Shown: positions 25,685-36,154, numbered from the stretch's first letter. The stretch: 64,000 bases of DNA from Chitinophagales bacterium (GCA_020635995.1 JACJYS010000001.1:155543-219542); one strand, 5' to 3'. Notes: a model not told the origin generated them from the sequence alone. Numbers and translations: made by a program.

Positions 25685-27031
25685 ATGGAAGCTAAGAAAA
25701 ACATAAGTATAGTTGGTGCCGGGCTGGTAGGCTCTATGTGGGCATGCTTTATGGCAAAAAAAGGACATAATGTTAATGTTTTTGAACGCAGGGGAGATAT
25801 GCGAGTTAAAGAAGTAGATGCCGGAAAATCTATAAACTTGGCATTAAGCACCAGAGGGTGGCAGGCTCTTAAAGAATTGGGCATGGAAGCAGAACTTAAA
25901 AAAATAGCCATACCTATGAAAGGGCGAATGATACATCAAGAAGATGGCACGCAAGATTTTCAGCCTTATGGAAAAGAAGGGCAAGCTATTTATTCTATTT
26001 CGCGTGGCGAACTAAACAAAGCTCTTATGAATAGAGCAGATGAAGACAGCAATAGTGTTTTTCATTTTGATTATAAATGTGAACATGTAGATTTTGAACA
26101 TAAAACACTTAAATTTTCAACTCATGATGGAGAAATAAGAACCATAAGTTCAGATTATATTTTTGGAGCAGATGGTGCTTTTTCGGCAGTGAGATACGAT
26201 ATGCAACGAACGCATAATTTTAATTATAGTCAGCAGTTTTTAGAGCACGGATATAAAGAATTATGCATTCCTCCAAATGCCGATGGCACGCATAAACTGG
26301 AAAAAAATGCTTTGCATATTTGGCCCCGAAAAAGTTTTATGCTCATAGCTTTACCTAATTTAGACGGTAGTTTTACCGTTACTTTATTTTTGCAATTTAA
26401 AGGAAAAGAGAGTTTTGAAACTTTAGATGAAGACCATGAAATAATTCCGTTTTTTGAAAAATATTTTCCTACAGCACTACAACACATCCCCGATTTAATA
26501 AAAGATTATAAAGAAAATCCAACGGGTTCTTTGGTTACCGTAAAATGTTCGCCATGGCATTATAAGTATGCCTGCTTGCTGGGCGATGCTGCTCATGCTG
26601 TAGTGCCTTTTTATGGGCAAGGCATGAATGCCGGTTTTCAAGATTGTTATGTTTTAAATAGCTTATTAGATAAATATAGTGATAAAAAATGGGAAGATGT
26701 ATTTGAAATTTTTTCTGAAGAGCATGCTAAAAACGGGCAAGCCATAGCTGATTTAGCAGTAAGAAATTTTATAGAAATGCGTGATGACACCGCAGACGAC
26801 CATTTTTTGCAAAGAAAAAAATTAGAACTGAATTTAATGAATACTTATCCCGATTTGTATAAATCGCAGTACCAAATGGTAACATTTACTACAGAGCCAT
26901 ATTATGATGCACTAACAAAAGGAGATGAGCAAACCGCTTTTGCAGAGCAGTTGCTAAATGAGTTTCCCAATAAAGAAGATTGGAACAATAATGCTTTTGA
27001 TAAAAAAGTAAAATCGTTTTTTGGTGTTTAA
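25685..27031 (+). CDS. kmo: Kynurenine 3-monooxygenase (FAD-dependent)
   Basis: N-terminal dinucleotide fold ISIVGAGLVGS, GDAAHAVVPFYGQGMN FAD motif, about 450 aa. The overall pattern resembles the bacterial KMOs known from Cytophaga and Flavobacteria. Confidence 0.8.
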   Translation: MEAKKNISIVGAGLVGSMWACFMAKKGHNVNVFERRGDMRVKEVDAGKSINLALSTRGWQALKELGMEAELKKIAIPMKGRMIHQEDGTQDFQPYGKEGQAIYSISRGELNKALMNRADEDSNSVFHFDYKCEHVDFEHKTLKFSTHDGEIRTISSDYIFGADGAFSAVRYDMQRTHNFNYSQQFLEHGYKELCIPPNADGTHKLEKNALHIWPRKSFMLIALPNLDGSFTVTLFLQFKGKESFETLDEDHEIIPFFEKYFPTALQHIPDLIKDYKENPTGSLVTVKCSPWHYKYACLLGDAAHAVVPFYGQGMNAGFQDCYVLNSLLDKYSDKKWEDVFEIFSEEHAKNGQAIADLAVRNFIEMRDDTADDHFLQRKKLELNLMNTYPDLYKSQYQMVTFTTEPYYDALTKGDEQTAFAEQLLNEFPNKEDWNNNAFDKKVKSFFGV

Positions 27032-27408
27032 AATTAGCGATAAGCACAGGGCTCTATTGGTACGAGCTACAAGCTTGTATGAATATTGGGGAATTAATTA
27101 ATTACTTTACCTTTGTTTTTATTAAATGTATCAATAAATAAAACAATAGAACTCAAAGATATAGAATCAATCTTTAAAGTCGAAAAATTAATAGTTTTAT
27201 GAATTTCATCATTGAGTACGCTGTTTAACAACTTTTTCATTTGTATTACAGAAAGTGAAGAGTACCAAATATGGTAAGACAAATACCAAAAATTTTGTAA
27301 ATCTCATTGTGTATTATTTTTTTTTCCTTGTGGTCGGTCTTATTTGACCGCACCACTTTGTCCCTATACTCAGCATCCCTGCCCATTTCCACTTTTTTTG
27401 TTAAGCCC

Positions 27409-27478
27409 ACAAACCAAATGTAAGCATTTTTTTTGATATTTTTGTAAACAAATTGTTAGAAGGTAGTTTCTGACAGCA
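27409..27478 (+). repeat. 70-bp direct repeat 'module B', left copy
   Basis: About 94% identical to 28423-28491. It contains a TATTTTTG box (27437-27444) about 50 nt upstream of the ATG at 27495. Confidence 0.85.
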
Positions 27479-27494
27479 CAATAAACGGAGTTAA

Positions 27495-28388
27495 ATGATG
27501 CCAACACTTATTAAAATAATATTACACATATTGTTTATGGTAAATATATTTTTTTGTCATTCACAAATTCATTATTACTGGAATGAATTTCCTACAACTA
27601 ATTCAATAATAGTAAATGCTTTCAAGAATGAATATAGTATAAAGTCTAAAAAAATAGCAAAGACTATAGATATTTATATTGTAAATCATCATGATTGTTC
27701 TGCTACATATTTAAACGGATATTTAAATGAGAAAAGACTTTATAATGATGAAGGAAAAATAATACAATTGAAAAGGAACAAATTACAGCAAGAATTTTAC
27801 TTTTATTACAAAGAAGATAAATTTGTTCGAATGTTAGAAGTACAGAATGGTGACACTTTGTTGTATATTCTTAAGTCAAATAGTAGTGATTTTTTACCAG
27901 AATATACTGTTTATAAAAATGATACAATTTTATTTGAAACAATTCTTAAACACAAAGGAGACACAATTAAATATGTAAAAAGTAGTGGAAATTCACCTGA
28001 TGAAATTATTACTTTCGTTAATAAATATTCAATTAGTAATGTATTCATAGAGGAAAATTTATATAATAAGTATAATTTTAAAATAACTGATAATTCAAAC
28101 TATATTACTATTTCGAAGAATAGGTTTGATCAGCAAGTTGAATATAGAGTAAATAAAAAGATTATTAGAGTTATAAAATCTGATTTTGACAATGATGGGA
28201 AATATAATTTCAACTCTATTGTTGACTATATTTTTAAGAAAAAAAGACTAACAACAATAGTTGAAGATGGGATTCCAATAATAGATTTTGAATATAATAA
28301 AGATAATACTTTAAGTACAGTTTCTTATTTCGGTGATGACTATTGTGTAGAAAAGTATATTTATGTATATAACCCCACCTCTCCGTAG
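27495..28388 (+). CDS. Hypothetical secreted protein (orphan)
   Basis: Hydrophobic N-terminus MMPTLIKIILHILFMVNIFFCHSQ and very Asn/Lys/Tyr-rich composition. It is flanked by shared repeat modules, and its stop codon lies inside module C. Confidence 0.5.
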   Translation: MMPTLIKIILHILFMVNIFFCHSQIHYYWNEFPTTNSIIVNAFKNEYSIKSKKIAKTIDIYIVNHHDCSATYLNGYLNEKRLYNDEGKIIQLKRNKLQQEFYFYYKEDKFVRMLEVQNGDTLLYILKSNSSDFLPEYTVYKNDTILFETILKHKGDTIKYVKSSGNSPDEIITFVNKYSISNVFIEENLYNKYNFKITDNSNYITISKNRFDQQVEYRVNKKIIRVIKSDFDNDGKYNFNSIVDYIFKKKRLTTIVEDGIPIIDFEYNKDNTLSTVSYFGDDYCVEKYIYVYNPTSP

Positions 28389-28422
28389 TTCGCCCTTCAA
28401 GGTGTTAGTACCTTGAAGATTA

Positions 28423-28491
28423 ACAAACCAAATGTAAGTATTTTTTTGATGTTTTTGTAAACAAATTGTTAGAAGGTAGCTTCTGACAGCA
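28423..28491 (+). repeat. 70-bp direct repeat 'module B', right copy
   Basis: Matches 27409-27478 with three substitutions and one T indel. It is preceded by hairpin module C (28386-28421). Confidence 0.85.
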
Positions 28492-28602
28492 TATTCTATT
28501 ATTATGTACTCCTAAACATTTATTATACGACACTTGACTTATTCTATAGCTTAAATAAAGCATATAATTTTGTGTTTATCAATCAATTTAAAACATTAAA
28601 AT

Positions 28603-29031
28603 ATGAAAAATTTAAGTCTAATATTATTAGTAGCCATTGCCCTACTATCTTCATGCAAGAAAAACGATGAAAATGCATGTAATGGCGATGAATGTAATTA
28701 CTCTCTTAGCTCAAACGAAACAGCAGGAACTGCACCAAGTAATATACATGGCACGCATAGTTTAAGTGTATCTTACGAGGGAGCCGGCTCGCCTTATACT
28801 ATGGGAACTAATGGAACTTTTACTGTAGAAAGCGATAAACTTACCGTAGAAATTGATGGTAAGGAATGTATTACTTTAATAAATCCCTACCAAAGTAGTC
28901 CATCGGAAGTTACATTTGTAGATAATTGTAGAGATAATTTAAAATATTCTGTTTCAGAATCTTCTTCTGGTGCTCTCAACGAAGTAAATGTTTCCTCTTT
29001 GTCGGGAACGTTCTATTGTCAGTTTAATTAA
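28603..29031 (+). CDS. Hypothetical small lipoprotein
   Basis: Signal peptide plus lipobox: MKNLSLILLVAIALLSSC. Confidence 0.55.
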   Translation: MKNLSLILLVAIALLSSCKKNDENACNGDECNYSLSSNETAGTAPSNIHGTHSLSVSYEGAGSPYTMGTNGTFTVESDKLTVEIDGKECITLINPYQSSPSEVTFVDNCRDNLKYSVSESSSGALNEVNVSSLSGTFYCQFN

Positions 29032-29049
29032 AAAGTATTATAGTACTGC

Positions 29050-29077
29050 TTGTGCCACCACTTGGGTGGTGGCACAA
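29050..29077. terminator. Bidirectional stem-loop between convergent genes
   Basis: TTGTGCCACCAC-TTGG-GTGGTGGCACAA, a perfect 12-bp GC-rich stem. Confidence 0.6.
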
Positions 29078-29090
29078 TATAAAACGTCTT

Positions 29091-30209
29091 TTACAAATTA
29101 ACACCTATGCCTACATCAAAATATTGAGCTACAAAATAATGTGTTTTCATGTGGGCACTAATAAAGAAACTTTTTTCTTTAGTTTCTCCAAATTTCACAG
29201 CGTGATAGTTTAGACCGAGCTTGGCAAAAATAGGTGTTTTATCTTCAAATAATTTCATGGCATACACCCCCACATAAGCATCTAAACTTACTCTGCCTAA
29301 AAACAATTCATCACCTACAAAAAAGCCAAGCATGTGGGCTTCTCTGTTTTTATATTCATAGCCAAATAGGTGCATATATTCAAGCCTGCCCATATCAAAA
29401 GCGTAATAAACACCGCCAAAAACTCGGTTTACTATACTTGTTGCTCGGGCATAAGCTCCCGTAAATTCAATTACAGGATATTTGGGGCCATTTGGCGTTC
29501 TATATTCATAAAAAGCCATAGAATAAGCCAGTTTAGCAAAATTCTTTTGCTTAGGCTTAGGAATTTCATCTGTATTATAACCCCCTAATTGAGGTTTTGG
29601 ATTATACCTAAATCCTGTAGAAAAAGCCACGTAGTTAATGCCCAAATTTGGTGTTTGAAAGGAAGCATTGGAAAAGTGTGTAAAATTTAATCCTGTAAAT
29701 AAACTTAACTCCGGGCGAATCTTAAAATCAAAACCCATACTCAGCTGAGTAATGTTATTAATTTTAGAACCAATCACATTATTAGTCGGATTATCAATAA
29801 CGTGGAAAGGTTTATTTAAATATGCCAAGCCAATTCCCATTCTAAAATACCAATCCACCACTTTTCTTCTTAAAATCCAAATTTTGGCATAAGGGAATGC
29901 TCCAATAGCATTACCAAAAATTTCATTATCACCAAAGCGAGCCATAAACAAAGCTCCACCTATTTCCGGATAGTTTAGTTTTCTTTGCCAAGCCTTGTTT
30001 CCTTTGGTTATTTTAGAAAAAGACAATTCAAAACCGTGAGATTTTTGAGTAATATCTGGACCAAATTTAGAATTATGCTTAACAATAGTACCCCAATAGT
30101 AAGAGCCCGAAACATTGAATTTAGATTGTTTATATTCATACGGTTTATACTTTTGAGCCGACAATTGTGCCGCAATAAGTATAATGAAAATAAAGGAGAG
30201 CCATTTCAT
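29091..30209 (-). CDS. Acyloxyacyl hydrolase / PagL-like outer-membrane protein
   Basis: Signal peptide. GTIVKHNSKF...HGFELSFSK...WQRKLNYPEIGGALFMARFGDNEIFGNAIG matches my memory of the Bacteroidota lipid A deacylase-like family. Confidence 0.55.
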   Translation of the reverse strand: MKWLSFIFIILIAAQLSAQKYKPYEYKQSKFNVSGSYYWGTIVKHNSKFGPDITQKSHGFELSFSKITKGNKAWQRKLNYPEIGGALFMARFGDNEIFGNAIGAFPYAKIWILRRKVVDWYFRMGIGLAYLNKPFHVIDNPTNNVIGSKINNITQLSMGFDFKIRPELSLFTGLNFTHFSNASFQTPNLGINYVAFSTGFRYNPKPQLGGYNTDEIPKPKQKNFAKLAYSMAFYEYRTPNGPKYPVIEFTGAYARATSIVNRVFGGVYYAFDMGRLEYMHLFGYEYKNREAHMLGFFVGDELFLGRVSLDAYVGVYAMKLFEDKTPIFAKLGLNYHAVKFGETKEKSFFISAHMKTHYFVAQYFDVGIGVNL

Positions 30210-30397
30210 AGGGGTAAAAGTACAAAGTTTTTTTTTCTGCTCACTTTTTTCAAATGTGTCTCTTCAGAAATTTTGGTCATCAGAAAGATGTATTATACTG
30301 ATTAAAGAATGTCTGCTCCGCTTTATCATGATATTAATTTAAAATTAAGCTATAGCTAAATATTTACAGATTCCTTTTTTTTGTTTTACTTTGTAGT

Positions 30398-32227
30398 ATG
30401 CAAAAAAATGTAGTTAAATGGGTGTTGTTTGGGTTCATAATTATACTGCTATTTGCTTTTCGTATAGAAAATGATGCTACGCAACTTAGTGTAGCTAATA
30501 ATATAAATAATTTTCATAAAAACAATCTAAATATATTTTATAAAAGCATACAAACACTTGAAAATAAAGAAAACCAAAACCTATCGGAAAATGCTTTAAA
30601 ACCTTATTTTCTTGCTTGCAGAGAGCAGTTTAAACACTGTGAGTTTTTGCTTACCTATGTAAATCTGTATAAAAACCTTAAATATAATGGTCCAAATGTG
30701 CCTTATGTAGTTTTTGATGGTGCCGATGTAAAAAATATAGAACAACCGCATGGTTTGCAGGTAATGGAAGACCTTATTTATAATGCAAATGCTTCATCCC
30801 GAAGTGCTTTAAAAACAGAAATTTTAGCTTTAGATGCTTTAGTGAAAAAAGAAATAAACCGCATAGCCGACAAAGAGGTTTATGATGCCCGAACATATAA
30901 CAATACCATATTGGATGCTGTGCGAATGGAATTAATTCGGATAGAAACTTTAGGAATTACAGGCTTTGATGTGCCGGACTCTAAAAATGCCATTCCAGAA
31001 GCTATTGAAGCACTTAAAACTTTAGCTGCTATTATTCAATTTTACAAGCCTTTGTTTGACGAAGCGAATGCCACCGTTTTTTATAATAAAGCCAATCCAT
31101 TATTTAACAATGCTATTAATTATTTAAAAAATGACCAAGATTTTGAGGCTTTAAATCGTTTGGAATTAATGACAGATTATTTGCAACCATTATCTGCGTG
31201 GGTTTCTGAATCTTTTGCTGTTTTACATTACGATTATTTAAAAATTCATCCTGCATCAAACCCTCAAGCCAAGCATTTGTTTGCCGAAGATTTTTTAACA
31301 GATCCATATTACGCAGATGCCAATGAATATACTATTGCCTTAGGCAAAAAATTATTTTATGAAACACTATTGTCTAAAAACCGCCAGCGTAGTTGTGCTT
31401 CCTGCCATATTCCGCAGTTGGGATTTGCTGATGGTTTAGCCAAAAATGTATCTTTAGATGGCAGTCAATTCTTACCCAGAAATACGCCTACTTTAATTAA
31501 TGCCGCTTACCAACGAAAATTTTTGTATGATTCTAAATTCAACACTATTGAAAAACAATCTATGAATGTAATTCATAATGAAATGGAAATGAATGGCAAT
31601 TTAGAACTGGTGGTAGATACTTTATTTTGCATACCGGAGTATGTAGATTTGTACGAAAAGGGTTTTAATGGTATTTTAAATGAATATACTACCATAAGAG
31701 CTATCACAGATTATGTTACTTCATTAAAAAGTGTAGATTCTCGTTTTGATAAATATATGAATGGCGATAAAGAAGCTCTAACGCCCTCAGAGATAAATGG
31801 GTTTAATCTTTTTGCAGGTAAAGCAAAGTGTGCTACCTGCCATTATATGCCTATGTTTAACGGCTTAGTACCGCCTTTTTATATGGAAACAGAATCGGAA
31901 ATTATAGGCGTGCCTGCCAGCACAAAAATTCCTTATGAGTTGGATGCTGATTTAGGGAAATACGAAATAAACAAATTAGATTTTCAAAAGTTTTCTTTTA
32001 AAACAACCACGCTAAAAAACATAGAACTAACAGCACCTTATATGCACAATGGCATATTTAATACCTTAGAAGAAGTGGTAGATTTTTATAACGATGGTGG
32101 CGGTGTAGGGCACGGCATTGATTTACCGAGTCAAACTTTACCTACGGATTCTTTGCATTTAACAACACAAGAAAAAGCAGATTTGGTTCTTTTTATGAAA
32201 GCATTAACAGACGAAGCATATAGATAA
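30398..32227 (+). CDS. Di-haem cytochrome c peroxidase family protein with a long N-terminal extension
   Basis: Two CxxCH motifs (CASCH, CATCH) and APYMHNG. There is an extra N-terminal region of about 300 aa. Confidence 0.85.
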   Translation: MQKNVVKWVLFGFIIILLFAFRIENDATQLSVANNINNFHKNNLNIFYKSIQTLENKENQNLSENALKPYFLACREQFKHCEFLLTYVNLYKNLKYNGPNVPYVVFDGADVKNIEQPHGLQVMEDLIYNANASSRSALKTEILALDALVKKEINRIADKEVYDARTYNNTILDAVRMELIRIETLGITGFDVPDSKNAIPEAIEALKTLAAIIQFYKPLFDEANATVFYNKANPLFNNAINYLKNDQDFEALNRLELMTDYLQPLSAWVSESFAVLHYDYLKIHPASNPQAKHLFAEDFLTDPYYADANEYTIALGKKLFYETLLSKNRQRSCASCHIPQLGFADGLAKNVSLDGSQFLPRNTPTLINAAYQRKFLYDSKFNTIEKQSMNVIHNEMEMNGNLELVVDTLFCIPEYVDLYEKGFNGILNEYTTIRAITDYVTSLKSVDSRFDKYMNGDKEALTPSEINGFNLFAGKAKCATCHYMPMFNGLVPPFYMETESEIIGVPASTKIPYELDADLGKYEINKLDFQKFSFKTTTLKNIELTAPYMHNGIFNTLEEVVDFYNDGGGVGHGIDLPSQTLPTDSLHLTTQEKADLVLFMKALTDEAYR

Positions 32228-32284
32228 AAAAGGGACTACCTTTTTAAGATAATCCCAATTATAATTATTTATACTTAGTACAAA

Positions 32285-33370
32285 CTACTCTTTTCCTTTC
32301 TTTTTTGGTTTATCTTTTCCAAAATTGTAAGTTAAACCTACGGTTAACACTTCTCTAAATTGAACGCCAGTAGTGTTTTGCTGAATAAAATTCCCATCGG
32401 CATCTTTATACAAATCGCCAGTATCCGGATTTTTTAAATATACAGCATCTCCGTTTTTATCTACTTTAGCCCAGCTTGTGTTATCGTCATACAATAAATG
32501 TGTAAATAAGTTTACTGCCAGCCAATCGTTTACTTTTAAATCTATACCCGTTTGCCAATCTACGTCTATGTTTTTACGGTTGGTTTTGTTGGGGTCTGTA
32601 TAGCTCATAAACAACTCTAAAACGCTACGTACATTTACGTTTTTAAACACTTCTTTTTGGAATGAAAAACGAGCTAATGCTCCAAACTCTGCTCTAAAGT
32701 TTTTATTGTAATATCTATTGCCATTAGCATCTGTAGTGGCAGGTATATATCTGTCAAGATTTGCTATATTATCATTGGCTACTATTGTAAACTTGCCCGC
32801 TACAGGAGAAAGGAATATAGAAAAATACGGTTTTGGCTTATAATCTATACCTATGGCTGTTTTTATATACATTGGCGAAGCAAATTGAGTAATTAATTTC
32901 TTAGGTGCTTCGGCATAATCATAGCCTTTAGTTACGGCACTTTGCACGTTTACTAAGCCAGATAAAAACAAAGTTTTAGTTAATTTATACCCATATTGAG
33001 AGTTAAGCACCATTAAATTTTGGTTTATTTGAGCTCCTTCGCCTTTAAATTTAACAATACCCCAGTTGGCATCAAAAGTGTTTTCCCAAATATGTCTTTT
33101 CTTTACTAAATTGGCAAAAGCAAAAACATGAAAGTTAACGGCTATTTGACTGTTTCCTCCTGCTGCCCAGTTTACTAAAGCTGTTTGCCCAAACTGAATA
33201 GCTCCTGTGCCTCCCCAGTCCCATTTAGCGGTATCAGAAATCTCGCCTAATTTTCCTGAAATCTTTTCTCTGTCTGTTGCTGCTTCAAGCGTTTCTTCTT
33301 TTTGAGCATTAACATTACTCAATCCAAACGCTAAAATCAGCATTAAAAATACTTTGTAAAAATTGTTCAT
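32285..33370 (-). CDS. DUF3078-like outer-membrane beta-barrel protein
   Basis: Signal peptide, WDWGGTGAIQFGQTALVNWAAGGNSQ motif, C-terminal beta-strands. Confidence 0.55.
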   Translation of the reverse strand: MNNFYKVFLMLILAFGLSNVNAQKEETLEAATDREKISGKLGEISDTAKWDWGGTGAIQFGQTALVNWAAGGNSQIAVNFHVFAFANLVKKRHIWENTFDANWGIVKFKGEGAQINQNLMVLNSQYGYKLTKTLFLSGLVNVQSAVTKGYDYAEAPKKLITQFASPMYIKTAIGIDYKPKPYFSIFLSPVAGKFTIVANDNIANLDRYIPATTDANGNRYYNKNFRAEFGALARFSFQKEVFKNVNVRSVLELFMSYTDPNKTNRKNIDVDWQTGIDLKVNDWLAVNLFTHLLYDDNTSWAKVDKNGDAVYLKNPDTGDLYKDADGNFIQQNTTGVQFREVLTVGLTYNFGKDKPKKKGKE

Positions 33371-33474
33371 AGTTTTAATTTTAGAAGTGCAAATATCTCA
33401 ACAAATATGCCAATATTCAAAATATTGGATTACTTAATACACACACATGTATATTTTATGTAGCTTTGCACCTA

Positions 33475-33654
33475 ATGAAAATAAACAAAATACTACAAAT
33501 TGTTTGGCTGGCTACGGGCATTATGGCTATATTTATAGCTATATACAACTATATGCGTTTTGGCGAAATAGTAAACAAAGTGTATATGCCTCTTATAATT
33601 TCTGTATTCTGTTTTGTTTTGTTTTTTAACCTTTATCGCAAAAGAAATAAGTAA
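33475..33654 (+). CDS. Small two-helix membrane protein
   Basis: ATG-initiated 59-aa ORF with two hydrophobic segments and a basic C-terminus. There is no other support. Confidence 0.3.
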   Translation: MKINKILQIVWLATGIMAIFIAIYNYMRFGEIVNKVYMPLIISVFCFVLFFNLYRKRNK

Positions 33655-33663
33655 CAGACTTAT

Positions 33664-34932
33664 ATGTCATTGTTTTTAACCATAGTTTTTTTATTGTTAA
33701 GTGCCTTGTTTTCCGGCTTAGAAATAGCGTTTATTTCTTCTAACAAATTACGTATTGAACTGAATAAAGAAACGGGAAACCTTGCCAGTAAAATAATAGC
33801 TAAATATAATGAAGATGCTCCCACATTTATAACGGCATTGCTCATAGGCAATAATATTGCACTTATTTTATTCAGTTCCTACATGTCTAATATAGTAGAT
33901 GGAAATGTTTTGAGCTTTTTAGGACACAATCCTTTAGTTTTACTGTTAGTTCAAACTTTAATTACTACTATTGTAGTACTCGTTTTTGGCGAATTTTTCC
34001 CTAAAGCTCTTTTCAGAATTTCGCCTTACAGAGCTTTGTTGCTATTTGCATTACCTTTTCATTATGTAATATATTGGATATTAAAACCCATAGCATTTGT
34101 AGTTTCGTGGCTGTCAAAATCTATTATTAAGCTAATAATGCCCAATAAGTATAATGAAGAACAAGAAAATTTTACCTCTGTAGATTTAGAACACTACATT
34201 AAAGAAGTTAGCTCGGGCAGTCATTCTGACGATGACGATGATGAATTAAATAGCGATATTTTTGAAAAAGCACTTTATTTAAAGGAAATAAAAGTAAAAG
34301 AATGTATGGTGCCCCGTATGGAAATACAAGGTGTAGAACTTAGCATCGGCTTAGATGAAATAAGATCTCTTTTTGTTGATTCTAAGCATTCGCGATTAAT
34401 TGTTTACGAAAACGATATTGACAATATTTTGGGTTATGTGCATCATATTGACTTTTTAAAGAAACCCCAAAACATAAAAGAAATTATTTATGATGTTACC
34501 GTAGTACCGGAAAATATGAGTGCCCGAGATTTACTTACTATTTTTACTAAAGAACACAAAACTATGGCACAGGTAGTAGATGAATATGGCGGCACAGCAG
34601 GTATTGTTACTTTAGAAGATTTAATAGAAGAAATTTTTGGCGAAATACAAGACGAACACGATGATGACGAGTTTATAGAAAAACAACTAAATGAAAGTGA
34701 ATACGTTTTTTCCGGAAGGTTAGAAATTGATTATATTAATGAAAAATATGGATTAAATATTCCTATGGGAGATTATGAAACCCTGGCGGGCTATGTGGTA
34801 GTAAACCATGAAGATATACCCGAAATAGATGAAAATATCTACATTGACAATTTCAAAATTCATATACTTTCTGCCTCTAACAACAGAATAGAAACCTTGC
34901 AATTAAAAAAATTGGACATAGAAAATGAATAG
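33664..34932 (+). CDS. CNNM/CorC-family protein (DUF21 TM domain, CBS pair, CorC_HlyC domain); GldE-like
   Basis: N-terminal TM domain, CBS region (MVPRMEIQGVEL...), and CorC_HlyC C-terminus (ETLAGYVV...). Confidence 0.85.
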   Translation: MSLFLTIVFLLLSALFSGLEIAFISSNKLRIELNKETGNLASKIIAKYNEDAPTFITALLIGNNIALILFSSYMSNIVDGNVLSFLGHNPLVLLLVQTLITTIVVLVFGEFFPKALFRISPYRALLLFALPFHYVIYWILKPIAFVVSWLSKSIIKLIMPNKYNEEQENFTSVDLEHYIKEVSSGSHSDDDDDELNSDIFEKALYLKEIKVKECMVPRMEIQGVELSIGLDEIRSLFVDSKHSRLIVYENDIDNILGYVHHIDFLKKPQNIKEIIYDVTVVPENMSARDLLTIFTKEHKTMAQVVDEYGGTAGIVTLEDLIEEIFGEIQDEHDDDEFIEKQLNESEYVFSGRLEIDYINEKYGLNIPMGDYETLAGYVVVNHEDIPEIDENIYIDNFKIHILSASNNRIETLQLKKLDIENE

Positions 34933-35770
34933 TTTTTATTCAATAAAAGCACTAAAAAAGTATTTAAACCAAGCTAAATCAGAAGGAAAAACCATTGGTT
35001 TTGTGCCTACTATGGGTGCACTGCACAAAGGGCATCTTTCGCTGGTTCAAGCGGCATTAAATGAATGCAATATTGCCGTTGCCAGTATTTTTGTAAACCC
35101 CACACAGTTTAACAATAAAGAAGATTTAGACAAATACCCAAGAACATTAGAAAAAGATAGTGAACTTTTAGAAAATGTAGGTTGCCATGCTGTTTTTGCT
35201 CCTACGGTAAAAGAAATGTATCCTCATGGATTAAAAAATGGTTTTGAAGCTCCGCAAATAGGAAATATAACTTCTGTATTAGAAGGAGAACACCGCCCGG
35301 GACATTTTGAAGGCATGATGCAAGTAGTAAGTCTATTGCTTGATATTGTAGCTCCTACCCATTTGTATATGGGATTAAAAGACTATCAACAGTTTGCCAT
35401 AGTTAGCTTAATGGTAGAAGCACAAGGCAGAGAAATAATAATGAGAGGCATGCCTATAGTTAGAGAAGAAAACGGTTTAGCCATGAGTTCAAGGAATGAA
35501 CGACTGAGTCCCACTTGCCGAGAAAATGCTAAAATTATATATGAAACACTTGAAAAAGTAAAATCTCAGTTAGATTTTCATAATATAGACGAGTTAGAAA
35601 AATTGGGGAAAGCTTTAATAGAAAAATTAGATGGCACAGAAGTTGAATATTTTGAAATAGTGGACGCAAAAACTCTAACAAAAACCGACATTAATGCTAA
35701 AAAGAACTTAATTGCTTTAACTGCTGTTTGGTATGAAGGCATTCGCCTTATAGACAATATGATTTTATAA
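34925..35770 (+). CDS. panC: Pantoate-beta-alanine ligase
   Basis: GFVPTMGALHKGHLSL and SIFVNPTQF motifs. Confidence 0.92.
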   Translation: MNSFYSIKALKKYLNQAKSEGKTIGFVPTMGALHKGHLSLVQAALNECNIAVASIFVNPTQFNNKEDLDKYPRTLEKDSELLENVGCHAVFAPTVKEMYPHGLKNGFEAPQIGNITSVLEGEHRPGHFEGMMQVVSLLLDIVAPTHLYMGLKDYQQFAIVSLMVEAQGREIIMRGMPIVREENGLAMSSRNERLSPTCRENAKIIYETLEKVKSQLDFHNIDELEKLGKALIEKLDGTEVEYFEIVDAKTLTKTDINAKKNLIALTAVWYEGIRLIDNMIL

Positions 35771-35796
35771 AATTAGTTTTAAATTTGCCTTAACTT

Positions 35797-36141
35797 ATGC
35801 AATTACAAGTATTCAAATCAAAAATACACAGGGCTGTTGTAACTCAAGCCGACTTAAATTATATAGGTAGTATTACCATTGATGAAGACCTAATGGATGC
35901 CGCCAATATATTAGAAAACGAACGCGTACAAATAGTAAACTGCAATAACGGAGAACGCTTAGAAACTTATGTTATTAAAGGAGAAAGAGGTTCTGGAGTG
36001 ATATGTTTAAACGGTGCAGCCGCCCGAAAAGTAGCCGTGGGCGATATTGTTATTATTATTTCTTATGCCTATATGGATAGAGAAGAATTAAAATCGCATG
36101 TGCCCGTTACTATTTATCCTGGCGAAAACAATCAATTGTAA
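35797..36141 (+). CDS. panD: Aspartate 1-decarboxylase (pyruvoyl-dependent)
   Basis: [23 protein letters not shown] with the Gly-Ser self-cleavage site; 114 aa. Confidence 0.92.
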   Translation: MQLQVFKSKIHRAVVTQADLNYIGSITIDEDLMDAANILENERVQIVNCNNGERLETYVIKGERGSGVICLNGAAARKVAVGDIVIIISYAYMDREELKSHVPVTIYPGENNQL

Positions 36142-36154
36142 ATAGCCACATTAT

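Noticed and set aside
27094-27282. A small minus-strand ORF whose IDSISLSSIVLFIDTF segment faintly resembles a STAS/anti-sigma-antagonist core
   Set aside because: It is too short and lacks both ends of the domain. The similarity rests on a few residues only. At best it is a gene fragment, so I did not call it.
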